64,000 nucleotides of DNA. It comes from Tubulanus polymorphus (taxonomy: Eukaryota > Animalia > Nemertea). The position numbers were made by a program, and so were the translations under genes. This document shows, piece after piece, positions 12,921 through 25,328 of the stretch; within the stretch, counting starts at the first letter, position 1, and the number at the start of each line of letters is the position of its first letter. The stretch is taken from assembly GCF_964204645.1 (NCBI RefSeq), contig NC_134030.1, positions 7,917,122 to 7,981,121 of the forward strand. The letters are read 5' to 3'. The notes under the pieces were generated by a model that saw only the letters and a list, made by a program, of their open reading frames with translations, did no database searches and was not told the DNA's origin.

Positions 12921-14924
12921 TTATTCGCGTCCATTTCCAGATTGTGAATGCGCGTCGTATTTAGGATAACAACGGCAAGCTGTCTGCATTTGACTCAAGA
13001 ACTTCGGAACACCAGTCTGCAAAAATCACCACAACTACATGTCATTTTATAAGTACGGCTTTCACTGTAAAGACGATTCTGAAAGAGTGAATGAAAACCA
13101 CAACACTAAAAAGTCATACCTTAGCCCCCCAGTTAATGAGCCACGTTGGAATTGAACCACCTGGATTATCGAAATACTTCATGTACGCTGCAATGCATAA
13201 TTGAAAAAAAAGTTTCGACTAAATATCAACTAAAAAAGAACAATTTCTATATTTCCCGTATTCATGTGGACAAACGGTCTGCATATGTAACAGTAAACAG
13301 TATAAGATTACCTTTTGAACCACGTTTACCATCAGATGTCAATGCACAGGTTTGTACATAGTCGGTCACTCGTACAACGCCTGGTTTTTCTGGTACCTCG
13401 GACAAAGTCACTGCTTTCACTAGAATCACCCAGACCTTCTGACCATCGATTTCTAATTCCCGAAGTTCACGAGCGTAGACATACTATCAAAATCATGTTA
13501 AGTAGTCAGCACGGATGTAATGTATTTTCTGGAAAGTCTTTAAATCCTTTCATTCTCAAATCAAAACAAAAATAGAAACAGCCCATAGGGTCCAGCTTCA
13601 TGAAAAAGGTTTAAGCTTAAAAAGGTTAAGTTTGACAATACAAAATTGCCACTGGCGAGTTAACTTTTTCGTGAAACTGGACAAGAGTGTACCTATGTCG
13701 ATGTCAAAATTTGGTTAAAACTATGTTTTATACAAATCGTAATGGCTTAAATAATGTATGTTTAGGTACAAGGATACATCTCTATTAGACATTGGCCAAG
13801 GAAAGTTCACTTCCCAATAAATTGCCGTTCCACCTCTTGTTGGAATTTCTTTAAGCTCTGTTAAGAATATAGAAGTATCCCGCCCTTGAGATTGAGTGAA
13901 TATTGAATATTTTTCAATTTTGATTGATAAAAGAAAATTACAACATTGACTGACTTAAGTGAATGTTTTACAACCATTCAACATTTTGGGGGAAATTCTG
14001 AATATTTTCAAAGACAAGCCAGGGATGACACAGGGGTGGGTCCAGATGCGGCTCCCGTCGCTACTCTCCGGTACCCTTTTGAAAAAACAATGGCAATATC
14101 ATTCAGGGTAATTTTTCCAAACGCAACTAATGAGACAGAAGTGCAATAGCTTTAATTGATTCTCATAAATGTGCAAGAAATTGTATGAAAATGCACCGAA
14201 ATTTCGAAATTTCCAGACCCCTTGTTTTGGGTGCATGGATACTTGACTTGCCCGTCTTCAATGCCCTTTTCATTTCTTTTAAGAACTGTAAAACTCTGCC
14301 ATTGGATATACGCCCCTGTTACCAGTAATTGAATCAATATTCATTCATAAAAAAATAGCTGAAAATGGCATCTGCAAAATGTCCAAAACAAGAAGTGTAA
14401 TTAGTTAAGTAGTTTACCCTTCACAAAGCTATCCCAAGTTTTCCTATATTCCAGATCCATGTAAACTTGTGCACATACTTCAGGCAATACATCATCCAGA
14501 ATGCCGTAGATCTTGTATTGATATAAACCAGAGTCCTAAAATTCAAATCCGAAACCTTATCGAAAAACAAACATGAAATTCACAATAACAGATTAATTTA
14601 TTCATTCAGCAGCAGCTTGAGGAGTGTGTAAGTGAAACGGTCCGTGCGGTTACTGACAATTGTTGTGGGTTCATTGCCACACCCCAAAAAACAAGGAGTA
14701 TATAGGAATAAACTTTCTGAGAGAGAATAAAGGTGATGATGATACATGTGACATGTGTGATAAACGAGTGTGATTACCGAATCAAAATTCCGATATATTT
14801 TGACGTCGTGCGATTCAGTGAAAAACTCGTAGCCTTCACCCGGTGTCGGGGGCCGGTCTTGCCTCAACGCCGCACAAGCCGACTCGAAGTCGAACTCACT
14901 GAAACCCAGCCCTAATGTACTCAT
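12921..14924 (-). CDS. PCTP: Phosphatidylcholine transfer protein (START domain), 6 exons, 226 aa
   Basis: Exons 14924-14778, 14535-14418 ([14 protein letters not shown]...[15 protein letters not shown]), 13857-13778 ([15 protein letters not shown]), 13483-13312 (YVYARE...GVVRV), 13187-13120 ([19 protein letters not shown]) and 13016-12921 ([14 protein letters not shown]). Total 681 nt. Confidence 0.95.
13484..13777 (-). other. U12-type GT-AG intron (PCTP intron 3)
   Basis: Donor GTATCCTT. Branch-like TACTTAAC lies ~13 nt from the 3' end and there is no polypyrimidine tract. Confidence 0.85.
13590..13682. mobile_element. Small MITE-like inverted repeat inside the PCTP U12 intron
   Basis: GTCCAGCTTCATGAAAAAGGTT versus reverse complement of right end GTCCAGTTTCACGAAAAAGTT. 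Confidence 0.6.
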
Positions 14925-15350
14925 TTCTGCGTCGGCTAAGCCAGGTTTGTAGTATATACCGGTTCCAAACAGTTAACATTGCATTTTTGTAAATAAAGTA
15001 AAATAAATTCAACAAACGCGGAAGTATAATCGAGCAAAGCGCCGCCTCCAGGTCGGTTATCCCTAATTTTCGGATAAGATATCGCTAGTGGCCGGATTAG
15101 GCATTATTACTAGCTTCCCTGTGTATTCTAATAGTCGGAAACGATGAGACAAGCACCGTAACCTATTATACAATCCAGACTGGAGCCCACTGCGACACAT
15201 AGGCCTCTCAGCACTGAAAACAAAATTCGGAAAAAACGAAAATTCAAAAAAGAAACACTATTTACTTCGAGTTGCCCGCGTACGCGTAGACAACTCCAAT
15301 TTTTCATTTTCATTTTTCATTTCCCTAGAACGTTTTCTGAGTTATTAGGT
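14925..15350. promoter_or_regulatory. Probable bidirectional promoter region between PCTP and tetraspanin 3
   Basis: The genes are divergent. An ETS-like CGGAAGT lies at ~15018 in a CpG-richer patch, and candidate plus-strand 5'UTR donors lie at ~15349 and ~15868. Confidence 0.45.
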
Positions 15351-15967
15351 AACCCTTTTAGTTTGTACGCCAAACTACGGATATTATGAAAACAATAACG
15401 ACAGTAGACACGAGTACTAACTGACAATGTCTTAGCAATTAAGCAAACAGAAAGTCTTTTATATTTCCCAGAGGAATCTCTATTTAGTCACGGTCTATAA
15501 TAGCACTAACACACCGAGTGCTGCTAAAATATACAAACTCGTTTGTCCACGCAGGGTCACACATAACATTAGTACTGACGTCTAAATAACTTGCGGTCTG
15601 CAATGTTTACAAACGGTCAACCAGACTAAATGACTAAATGAAGAACCAATAAGACCGGACGCCCGACGCAATATTTTTCATCAATCGCCAAATATTTGTA
15701 GATAGACAATCGTCAAAATATAGTTATTGCAAGGATTTTAACGCAAACAAACTACTGGAATACAAACGTTCAGAGAACCACGACTAATTCTGAAAATAGG
15801 GCCTACCTGTATTTAAACGACGAGTTTTGGCCTATAGGCGCATAAAACCAAGCGCAGTATTGACAAGGTACGTTCACATTTTATTTCCATTTAGTAATTT
15901 GGTATAGGCGGTCTCATGATTTCATTACTCTACTTCTATCTATTAATCTTTTTATAGGGAATTCAGA

Positions 15968-18247
15968 ATGGGTAGCGCGGCTTGTTGCGGAAAATGTCTC
16001 CTTATATGTTTCAACATTATGTGGGGAGTAAGTAATGAAAATGATCCACAACGTTTTCGAATATCAAATTTATACATATTTACCTCATAATTTGGAAAAT
16101 GGCTTATATATGATTCATATTGAAGGATAAAAGCTGTTATGTAAGAAATGAATCAGATTTGAGATTAATCTTCCTTTTTAGATTGTGGGATTGATTCTTC
16201 TGACGGTTGGCGTTGCTCTTCGGTTTATGAAAGATATCACCAACAGTCTTTTGGCTGCTATGTTCAGTTCCTTGCAAGGAAGTAGCGGGACAAGTATGTC
16301 CGAGGCATCACAGCAATTCTTTACATACTTGGCCGAGCTGTCGACTCCCCTGATCTGCGTCGGTGCCGTCCTATTCATTTTGAGTTTCATCGGCTGTTGC
16401 GGAGCTTGTTATAACAGTAAAAAAGCATTGATTGTTGTAAGCTAAATTTTCACCTATCGAATAGAAATTCACGTTGTACCGGAACCGCAAACATTTAGAT
16501 TTTTCTTGCTTTTTAGTACGCGATAATCATGGGAATTTTTGTGTTGGGGGAGATCGTGACTGTGATCGTGGTCGTGGCCATGAGGGATCAAGTAAGAAAA
16601 ACTTGATATCATTATTAATTGTCGAGTGACTTTGATTGTTGAAACAATAGTGTTAAATTTGACCATGGAATCAGTCATAAATATACATTACTAGTTGAAA
16701 AAGGTAACAAATAACCCCTGCAATAGTGTGATAGCCGTTTTTAGTGGAAAGTTAAAAAAATGATTTCCCTCTTTTAGATAAAAGAGAAAATCCAAGCGGA
16801 ATGGCAACTTTACATCAATGCACACTACGACACACTTGCAATCGATTTAGGATCTATACTTCTGAATGTGGGAATGATGATGGTAAGTACAATTATGTTC
16901 ATTCGACCCATTCGTCATGGTCGGACACGCTTTTCAATATTAGAACACGTTTGTGGTAATGATACAAAATTTGGCGTACGACTTAAAACAACCATGAAAA
17001 AAATTAATATTGTGGAATTCATAAGCTATTAAGATAGGATGAAATCCAATGAATATTTAAGTTAAAAGATTCGTATGAAATGAAGAATAAGAGCAAACAA
17101 AAACCTTTGTCGTAAGTTATAAATGATATACTGTAAAAATTAATGGTAGCTATATTTCTCTATTACTAGGGCGAATGCTGTGGTATAGATGGATATGGCG
17201 ATTTCAATAGCGCCACTAAGTGGAATCGAACCTACGAGTACAGCGGCAAGACAGTTACCGCGGTAAGAACGTTGAGCTATTCGAGCTATGAACAAATGTT
17301 TGCTGGTTCCTACTGTAAAAGCTGACAAATGCGAATCGAGAAATCCTCGTCGAATGGCAACTGTAATGCCCAGTTGAAAAATTGCTATGTATGACCATGG
17401 ACGTATAAACTAATCTAGTTTATACGTCCATGGTATGACTGAGAGGAGCGTGAAAAACCCGGAGAAGATCCTAAACGTGTACATTTATATCAATGGGATG
17501 TATACAAACCTTCATAAGTAGTTATATTACCTTATTATTTTTCCAAACATAGGTGGCTCCATTTTTATGTTGCAAGTTCAAGCCGGGGACGACTATATTC
17601 AATGCAGATCAGAATTCAGCTATCGATATGAAATGCCTGGATGCTCCTGACCCAACAATATCTAACTTTCAAACAGTAAGTTTGCCACAACAACCCCAGA
17701 CAAAATATATTTAATCGCGTATATACAAATAAGAATCTAAAATCCGAAATGCGGATTAAAACACGTTCGACTGTGGAAAACGTTGCTTCGAAATTTCCGA
17801 TGAAAAAAAAACAGATGTGAAAACTGCGCTGAATTTGTAAGAATCTATCAATGACTTTTTCTATGTTTATAGGGCTGCTGGGCGAAAATGGAGGGGTTCC
17901 TTACTGGCCAGACACCGTATATCATCGCTTTTTTAGTAGTTCTCTTGGTACTGGAGGTAAATCAATTCACTTCAATGCACTATTTAATCTGCACACTGAT
18001 ACGAAAGCCGAAAGCCGGAACTCGAGTCCGCGGCAGCATCTCGTGATGCCACCAGGTTGAAAGAGGATAACTTTTGCATATGTTTCAAAATTCTTTACAG
18101 CTCGTCTTGGTGGCTTTTGCTGTCATCGTCGCAAACAAGGCCAATAAATCGTCTGTCAGTCCTGAGAATAACGGAGGTGTAAACAGAGGTCGTAGACATG
18201 ATGGCCGATCGAATTACGACAATCGAAGAGATGGTCTGCAGTTTTAA
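15968..18247 (+). CDS. Tetraspanin paralog 3, 8 coding exons, 313 aa
   Basis: Exons 15968-16027, 16182-16436, 16517-16591, 16778-16882, 17170-17262 (GECCGIDGY), 17553-17675 (VAPFLCCK), 17873-17956 (GCWAKME) and 18101-18247. Total 942 nt, all phase 0. The C-terminal tail is longer than in paralog 2 and ends DGLQF*. Confidence 0.95.
17395..17433. mobile_element. 39-bp palindromic mini-element with 5-bp TSD
   Basis: TATGA|CCATGGACGTATAAACTA-ATC-TAGTTTATACGTCCATGG|TATGA. Confidence 0.75.
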
Positions 18248-18785
18248 CAATAGGGAACGAATGTTAATATAACAATGGCCACGGAATCGCTCTATCATTT
18301 GCTGCGTGTGGCACTTGCCACAATGAATGTAAACAAGATTACGATTGTCAAAAACTCAGAAACATCGGGTTCGTAGCTGACACTGACAGACCGACGAGTC
18401 GTTTTAAATGGTATTGTTTAGTTTTGTTTTTAAACAGGATGTCATGACTTTTCATTTCTTAGTATTACATACATTATCAATTTTAAAATACTCTATTTTG
18501 GTAAGAGATAATAAATATGAACTTTGTTGCCCTCGGGATGACTGGGTGTTTCAGTAGATACATTATATGTCTTTGTATTGAATAAGTATCATTTGTCTTC
18601 GAATGATTGAAATTCTGACGTAGGTAATTGCAACCAAATAACATTTAAACTGTTCAAGACAGAACGTCGCACGTATGCATCTGACAAAACCCATCAACAT
18701 CCCTGCGCCGTCATTTTGCTTTTCGGGTTATTCATTAGTACCACAGCTGAAGTCATATCAGAAATAATACTTGTAACTGGGAACG

Positions 18786-21597
18786 ATGCAACTGACTCGA
18801 AGTATTTTCATATTGTCTTTCGTGGCAGCATCGGCAACGGGTAAGTCATCTTGATATACGTATGTGCGTTGGCGTGCGTTTAAAAAATGTTAAGTGGAAA
18901 CTGGATCTGAGAAGATCATATAAAAGCGGGAATTAAGCGGGCCTTATGGTCTAATACTCAAATGAATTAAATTGAGAGTGATTTTCTAATTCGCCATAAC
19001 AGCGTCTCATGTAACACTATCAACTGAAATCTAATTTTAGTTATGGTGAATTGTATCATGGTCGACAATCGAAATATAAATCTCAAGATGTTGAATAAAT
19101 CTGGAGACCTGGTGAAGTTGGAACTAGGAAGTGGATTTATCTATGCTAAAAAAGCAAAATTCGTGAATAACGCAGTAGGCGTGATGGAACCCTACTGTTT
19201 GGAGGTTTCATGCTATCATTCTAGACATAAAATCGATTGTATCATTTTTGGCGATTGCTGTGGATGGGCACCAAAGGCTACCCCCGCCATGGCGCAACAG
19301 CATAGGCTTCTGGAATATCAGATTGCACACGCATCTTTTTTCGCCTGAATACAATCCCTACCACTGTTTACTGGATGATCGATAAGTGCGCAAAATATTT
19401 TGATGGTGACAAACACATAAAAGATCAATGTGAAAACAGTACGAAACACTTCTTACAGACTTTCCCTGTTTTCATCCCTGAATGGCTGCCATTCAAAAAC
19501 ATGTTCTGCGCAATATGCCATGGTTTTTTATCCGAACAAGTCGCCATGGTAGAACCATATATATTGTGCGAAGGTGTAAATGGAAAATATGAGGATCTCT
19601 ACATTGATTACATCATGCAGGATATCCCGTCAAACTGCACAATTGTGTATAAAATTCCAGTTGATTTTGATGGCACCGATCGACCTGTATTACGTAGATG
19701 CAGCGAACAATGGGATCATGAGATTATCACCAACCTGTACCCGAAAACATCTCCTACTGGACCTTTATCAATCAATTCATCCAAACCGCAATGCAAATAT
19801 TGTAAGCAGACTAAAAGACCGGTGATGAGGCTAGAAGATAACAGAGCTGTCTGGTACAAAAATATCCAATGCATCGAATGTATCCACGATGAGTACAGAA
19901 ACGATGATGAATACTTTTGTCCAATTGATGCGTCATTTCTGGGAAATCGCTACAAAACTGGTCTCAAGATACTTCTCGACATCAATATGGCCGAAGGCTT
20001 ACGTTTACGACATAAAGATGGGACATTAAGCACTCTTTATTCTATCGATAGTGAATGCAGGGTTGATGAAATGTTTGATTATCAATTATACGCATGCACA
20101 AGTAAAAAATGTCTTCAAGGCTACAGGCGATCTGGTGACAGTTGTCATTTGATGTTTGAAAACCATGCTTTTGAAGTAAATGTCGAATTAACGCTTGAAG
20201 TTACATTCTCTCGTGATCAGAACAAATTAGCACACGATATCATCAACGATGGAAAACTTTGTACGTACCATGTGGCTTATCAGCCTCTTCAAAAAATTCG
20301 TAACGTCAAACCTTTAGCGAGTGGCAGATTCGAAATGATAATCAAGTACAAGAGTTTCAAAAGAGTGAAACGCACGGAAACGATCAATTGGAAATCTGTT
20401 GACGAAAGCAAGGAATTTGTCGAATGTGTATACAGAGATATGAATGTCCATTTCATCGAACAGGAATTAACGACAAACGACATGAATGCAGTTTGCACAG
20501 AGCCTACCTTAACGCATGTATCGGAATTTGCAATTGACGACGTAAACAAATTTACGGCTAAAATGGTGGTCGATTCAGATGAAATTAGAATAACGATACA
20601 TAACATAACCATTTACGTAAATCAACGAGTTGTTGTTATTAGTAGAATGTGTAACATGCCCCTGGTCGATTGTGTCAGAGTTAAGGATGACAAGAACTCA
20701 ACAAGATGCGCTGATACAAAGAATATCCGAGAACGGACACGACCTGAAAGTCGCCTGAGTAGGCTATTTTCAATTCTACTCCAAATCTTTAGTTCTTTTT
20801 CGTTAGTATGTTTATGTCTTACGTTACTGGTATTTATTATGTTTGAAGAGATGAGAAATCTACCGGGATTATTGCTGATGAATTTATGCGTGGCTCTACT
20901 GGTCTCTTTTCTATTCCAGTTGACAACTACAACAATCGACAACGATACAATATGTGTGTATGTTTCCGCAATGAAGCACTATTTGTGGTTGGTTGTTTTC
21001 ATTTCAATGAGTTCAATTGCAGCTAATATGGCTCGCACTTTCGCCTTCAGTAGCGTGAATGCGAAATTCAATGAGAAACGTGCGTTCAAAAGATATTTAC
21101 TGTTTGTTTGGTGTTTACCTCTTTTGATTGTTGCGCCTATGATATATCTTCAAATTTCCGGCTCGCACGCTATCTACGGTAATTTCGGTATTTGTTGGAT
21201 CAGCAACAGACAATTTATGCTTTACGCGTTCATCTTACCTATCTCACTCTCGATCCTTGTAAATATAATCTTATTTACACTTATCGTTCGAGGTATTCGG
21301 GTGTCTATGTCCAAGGGGTCGCAAGTAAGTCACGTAAAAACGCAGCTTGCTGTCGTTGCCCGTATTTCCATAGTTTTAGGTCTCACGTGGATTATTGGAT
21401 TCGTCGCTATTGCCGTGAACAATTTGATCTTTTGGTTCATATATGATGTCATCAACTCGTTGCAGGGTGTCTTCATTACCGCTGCATTCACTTTCAATAA
21501 ACGCGTCTTTACCCAATTAAGAGACAAGTTCAATTTGCTGAAAAAACCGTCCACTGGCACGAGAAATACAACCAATACACAAGACCGGCCTTGTTGA
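18786..21597 (+). CDS. Family-B (Methuselah/adhesion-like) GPCR with long Cys-rich ectodomain; one frameshift near 19320
   Basis: Exon 1, 18786-18840, encodes a signal peptide (MQLTRSIFILSFVAASAT, phase 1) and joins 19041. The ectodomain has somatomedin-B-like CIIFGDCC and FKNMFCAIC/YKNIQCIEC motifs. The 7TM region has RNLPGLLLMNL, HYLWL, CWI, LGLTWIIG and NSLQGVFI. No GPS motif seen. Confidence 0.88.
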
Positions 21598-22049
21598 TGA
21601 TGTAACTTCATTCATTATACGATAATTATAAATCAGGATCTATGTATGTATATACGTACTTAGCATGGACGACTTTTGTGACATTGCGTGCGTTAGGTAC
21701 TACCTAGACCTACGGAAGGAAGTATATGTAACTATCTTTTAACGAAATTAAAAAGCTCGACCGGGTTTGTCGAGGAGAACACAAAAGAGAAATAATAATA
21801 CACGATACAATGAATGTGTCACAAGTATATTTTTTCGATTTTCAATAATGTAAAAAATCGACACGGACAATAGATTTTTCATACGGTAGGCAATTTACAT
21901 GAATACTTGTATAGATATGTATTGTTTCCCGTTGATTGGAATGATATCTCTTGTGCGCGAAAGTCGAATTGATTTTTGGTTTTACATTCTTCTGGAAACT
22001 GTTGCATTTGAGCCAGAAGACAAAGCAATCAGGCGGGCAGTGGTGTTGC

Positions 22050-22979
22050 ATGATGAATATCTCCGTTACGAGGCGCGTAAGCCGACCCTTCTATTCTGGC
22101 ACGTTACTTTTTAGCTTGTTAAACCTGCCCCCAGAATTGAGGATCACCTCGCTTATTCTGTTGCCAACCATTTTCGCCATTGGATTGTTTGGAAATTGTT
22201 CGAGTTTTCTGATCATGACGTCTGAAACTTTCAGGCGATTGTCATTCGCTAGCTATCTGGCGGCTCTTGCAGTGGCGGACATGTCTGTTTCTGTGGCATC
22301 GTGCTTAATGCCAGTGGTCAGTTATCTCATGGGTGGGATTGACCTGCTTAGCGCAACCAACTGCCGAATTTACGGATTTCTATTCGCAACGTGTATGTAT
22401 TGTAGTTCTTGTTTCGTGGTTATCATTTCATTTGAACGTTTGATGTTAGTTTTATTCCCGTTTACATCACGAGTTCTTTGCACTGCCCGTTTCGCTAGGT
22501 GTGTTGCGTGCAGTGTATTTCTCGTAAATGCTGCCTTCAACGCCCCGATTGTTATCGTATTCCACGATTTTTCTCCAAGTATCGGATGTTTGTACACGAA
22601 TAAAGATAGTTTGCAAATCTGGTTAACATTTTCTGTATCTTACCTTTACATTGTACCCATAGTACTAACGTCAGTATTTAATATAATAATCGGATTACAA
22701 CTTTACCGATCTAGTAAATTTGGCTCAGGAGGCAACAAATCGTCGAGAACGAACCAAACCACTATCATGTTGGTGACGGTTTCGACATTCTTTATCGTCA
22801 CTGCCCTGCCGTCAGTACTTAGTACGTACATTCCTGCATCGATGGACACGATTCAAAAGATTTACCAATATGTATCAATCGTTGTCAGTTGCAATTATAA
22901 CTTCAATTTCTATATTTATCTGTTACTCGGTTCGGAGGTGAGGAACACATTCAAGAAAATGATATCTTGTCTCCAATAG
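22050..22979 (+). CDS. Intronless rhodopsin-family (peptide-receptor-like) GPCR, copy A, 309 aa
   Basis: GLFGN (TM1), LAALAVAD (TM2), SFERL (DRY-like) and NFYIY (NPxxY-like). First ATG at 22050; the ORF-track start is a GTG. Confidence 0.92.
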   Translation: MMNISVTRRVSRPFYSGTLLFSLLNLPPELRITSLILLPTIFAIGLFGNCSSFLIMTSETFRRLSFASYLAALAVADMSVSVASCLMPVVSYLMGGIDLLSATNCRIYGFLFATCMYCSSCFVVIISFERLMLVLFPFTSRVLCTARFARCVACSVFLVNAAFNAPIVIVFHDFSPSIGCLYTNKDSLQIWLTFSVSYLYIVPIVLTSVFNIIIGLQLYRSSKFGSGGNKSSRTNQTTIMLVTVSTFFIVTALPSVLSTYIPASMDTIQKIYQYVSIVVSCNYNFNFYIYLLLGSEVRNTFKKMISCLQ

Positions 22980-23741
22980 AAAATTGACTTCAATTTCATT
23001 CAAAGTAAAAACTGAATACAGTACCATTTCCGAGATCTTCAGTCTTAGCACTAGTATCCGTATCCTACCCGAGGTTAGGGAATGCGTGAGATTGTAAACT
23101 TGGAATGTACATTCTGCTTCGATTATGAAATCACATGTTCGTTTCTGAAATCCTAAAGATGATATGAATTCGAAAAACTTAAGAGAATTTAGATTTCGCC
23201 AAAAGTAACGAGGGAATAATTTAGACTTTTCAGGGACAAATTGGTTACAATCGAAAAGAATCTGAAACACTCCGACTATGTTAGAATAATCACATTTCTT
23301 CTCATGTCGAGGAATACGAAATAATCTATTATCATTAAGAAATGGCAGCACTCTTTTAATTTTTTTACATGATTACATTCTCTTTGAAAACTTAGTAGAA
23401 CGTTTTACATGTGTAATGTATGTCTTTTGTAACATTGCATGCGTCGAATGACTCTGCTTGATTTTTACCAGAACACAATGAGAAATATCAAAAATCGAAA
23501 TAAATATACTTGTAACATATTCATTGTATCGCGTGTTATTGATGCTTACCACGCATAAAATAATTGTCTATGCCCTAGATAATGAAAACATGAATGCTTC
23601 TATAGATGTACAGCCTCAGCTGATTGATGATAATGAAAATGTCGTGTGCGCTGAATTAGCATTGATTTTTTATTTATATTCTTCTGGAAACTGTTGCATT
23701 TGAATCAGAAGACAAAGCGATCAGGCGGGCAGTGGTGTTAC

Positions 23742-24668
23742 ATGATGAATATCTCCGTTACGAGGCGCGTAAGCCGACCCTTCTATTCTGGCACGTTGCT
23801 ACTTAGCTTGTTAAACCTACCCCCAGAATTGAGGATCACCTCACTTATTCTGTTGCCAACCATTTTCGCCTTTGGATTGTTTGGAAATTGTTCGAGCTTT
23901 CTGATCATGACGTCCGAAAATTTCAGGCGATTGTCATTCGCTAGCTATCTGGCGGCTCTTGCAGTGGCGGATATGTCGATTTCCGTGGGGTCGTGCTTAA
24001 TGCCAGTAGTCAGTTATCTCATGGGTGGGATTAACCTAATTAGCGCAACCAACTGCCGAATTTACGGATTTCTATTCGCAGCATGCACGTACTGTAGTTC
24101 TTCATTCGTGGTTATCATTTCATTTGAACGTTTGATGTTAGTTTTATTCCCGTTTACGTCACGAGTTCTTTGCACTGCCCGTTTTGCCAGGTGTGTCGTG
24201 TGCGGTGTTTTTCTTTTAAGTGCTGCCTTAAATGCACCGCTTGTTATCATATTCCACGATTATTCTCCAAGTATCGGATGTTTGTACACGAATCAAGACG
24301 TCTATCAAATCTGGTTAACATTTTCTGTATCTTACCTTTACATTGTACCCATAGTACTAACGTCAGTATTTAATATAATAATCGGAGTACAACTTTACCG
24401 ATCTAGTAAATTTGGCTCAGGAGGCAACAAATCGTCGAGAACGAACCAAACCACTATGATGTTGGTGACGGTTTCGACATTCTTTATCGTCACTGCCCTG
24501 CCGTCAGTACTTAGTACGTACATTCCTGCATCGATGGACACGATTCAAAAGATTTATCAATATGTATCAATCGTTGTCAGTTGCAATTATAACTTCAATT
24601 TCTATATTTATCTGTTACTCGGTTCGGAGGTGAGGAACACATTCAAGAAAATGATATCTTGTCTCTAA
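23742..24668 (+). CDS. Intronless rhodopsin-family GPCR, copy B, 308 aa
   Basis: Tandem duplicate of copy A with ~23 amino-acid differences by hand count. The flanks are also homologous. Confidence 0.92.
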   Translation: MMNISVTRRVSRPFYSGTLLLSLLNLPPELRITSLILLPTIFAFGLFGNCSSFLIMTSENFRRLSFASYLAALAVADMSISVGSCLMPVVSYLMGGINLISATNCRIYGFLFAACTYCSSSFVVIISFERLMLVLFPFTSRVLCTARFARCVVCGVFLLSAALNAPLVIIFHDYSPSIGCLYTNQDVYQIWLTFSVSYLYIVPIVLTSVFNIIIGVQLYRSSKFGSGGNKSSRTNQTTMMLVTVSTFFIVTALPSVLSTYIPASMDTIQKIYQYVSIVVSCNYNFNFYIYLLLGSEVRNTFKKMISCL

Positions 24669-25328
24669 TAGAAAATTGACTTCAATTTCATACAAGGTAA
24701 AAAATCGAATACTGTATCGTGTCCGTGCTTGCTACTTTGCTACTAGGTCTTAGCACCAGTATTCATGTCCTATCCGAGATCAAGAAACGGATATTCTGTA
24801 TAACATCCACTTTACTAGTGTATCTGCTCAACATATGGATGTATATCGCTTTGTTATATGAGAATAAATAACTGTCGATTGACGCATACATGTGTTGGGA
24901 TGAATGTGTTATTTGGTTAACACAAGATTAGCCTGCAAAATTGAGCGACAAATTAACTTTTTTAAAGATACTGTAGACATCCATTCGAAATTCAAACTGA
25001 ATTGCCAGGGATCACTTGACATTTGAACAAAACTGGGGATGTCCCGAGAAACACTATTTGCGTCGTCCATGAATACACACTGAATTCGAACGTGTTGGTG
25101 TCGTGAAATCATTCCCTTCATACTTCATAAAAGTTGCGAATATGAAATGAATAGGACACACATACAAGGGAATATTTCCAAAATAAAATACATGTATCAT
25201 TTATTATCCACTCATCATAATAACACGATCATCAATCAGCAGTCCTTTCCGGTATGATGTATACTAACACACTGATGAATACACTAACTACAAGCCGCAG
25301 AATTGTTTATCCCTAGATTCTACCTCGT

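Larger units (their letters stand above)
21670..24780 (+). repeat. Tandem duplication of the GPCR unit (~1.7-kb period)
   Basis: Homology runs from ~21671/23422 through the 3' flanks at ~23070/24780. Confidence 0.85.

Noticed and set aside
14200-14285. Possible duplicate PCTP exon 3 ([17 protein letters not shown])
   Set aside because: No suitable phase-0 donor, lacks W and SNRD, and lies in probable repeat-derived sequence. The true exon is 13857-13778.
18675-18785. Upstream ATG and hydrophobic frame as the GPCR start
   Set aside because: It stops early or has the wrong phase. The ATG at 18786 gives a clean signal peptide in the correct phase.
21951-22049. N-terminal extensions of the rhodopsin-type GPCR ORFs
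   Set aside because: They rely on GTG/TTG starts allowed by the ORF caller; the first ATG was used instead.
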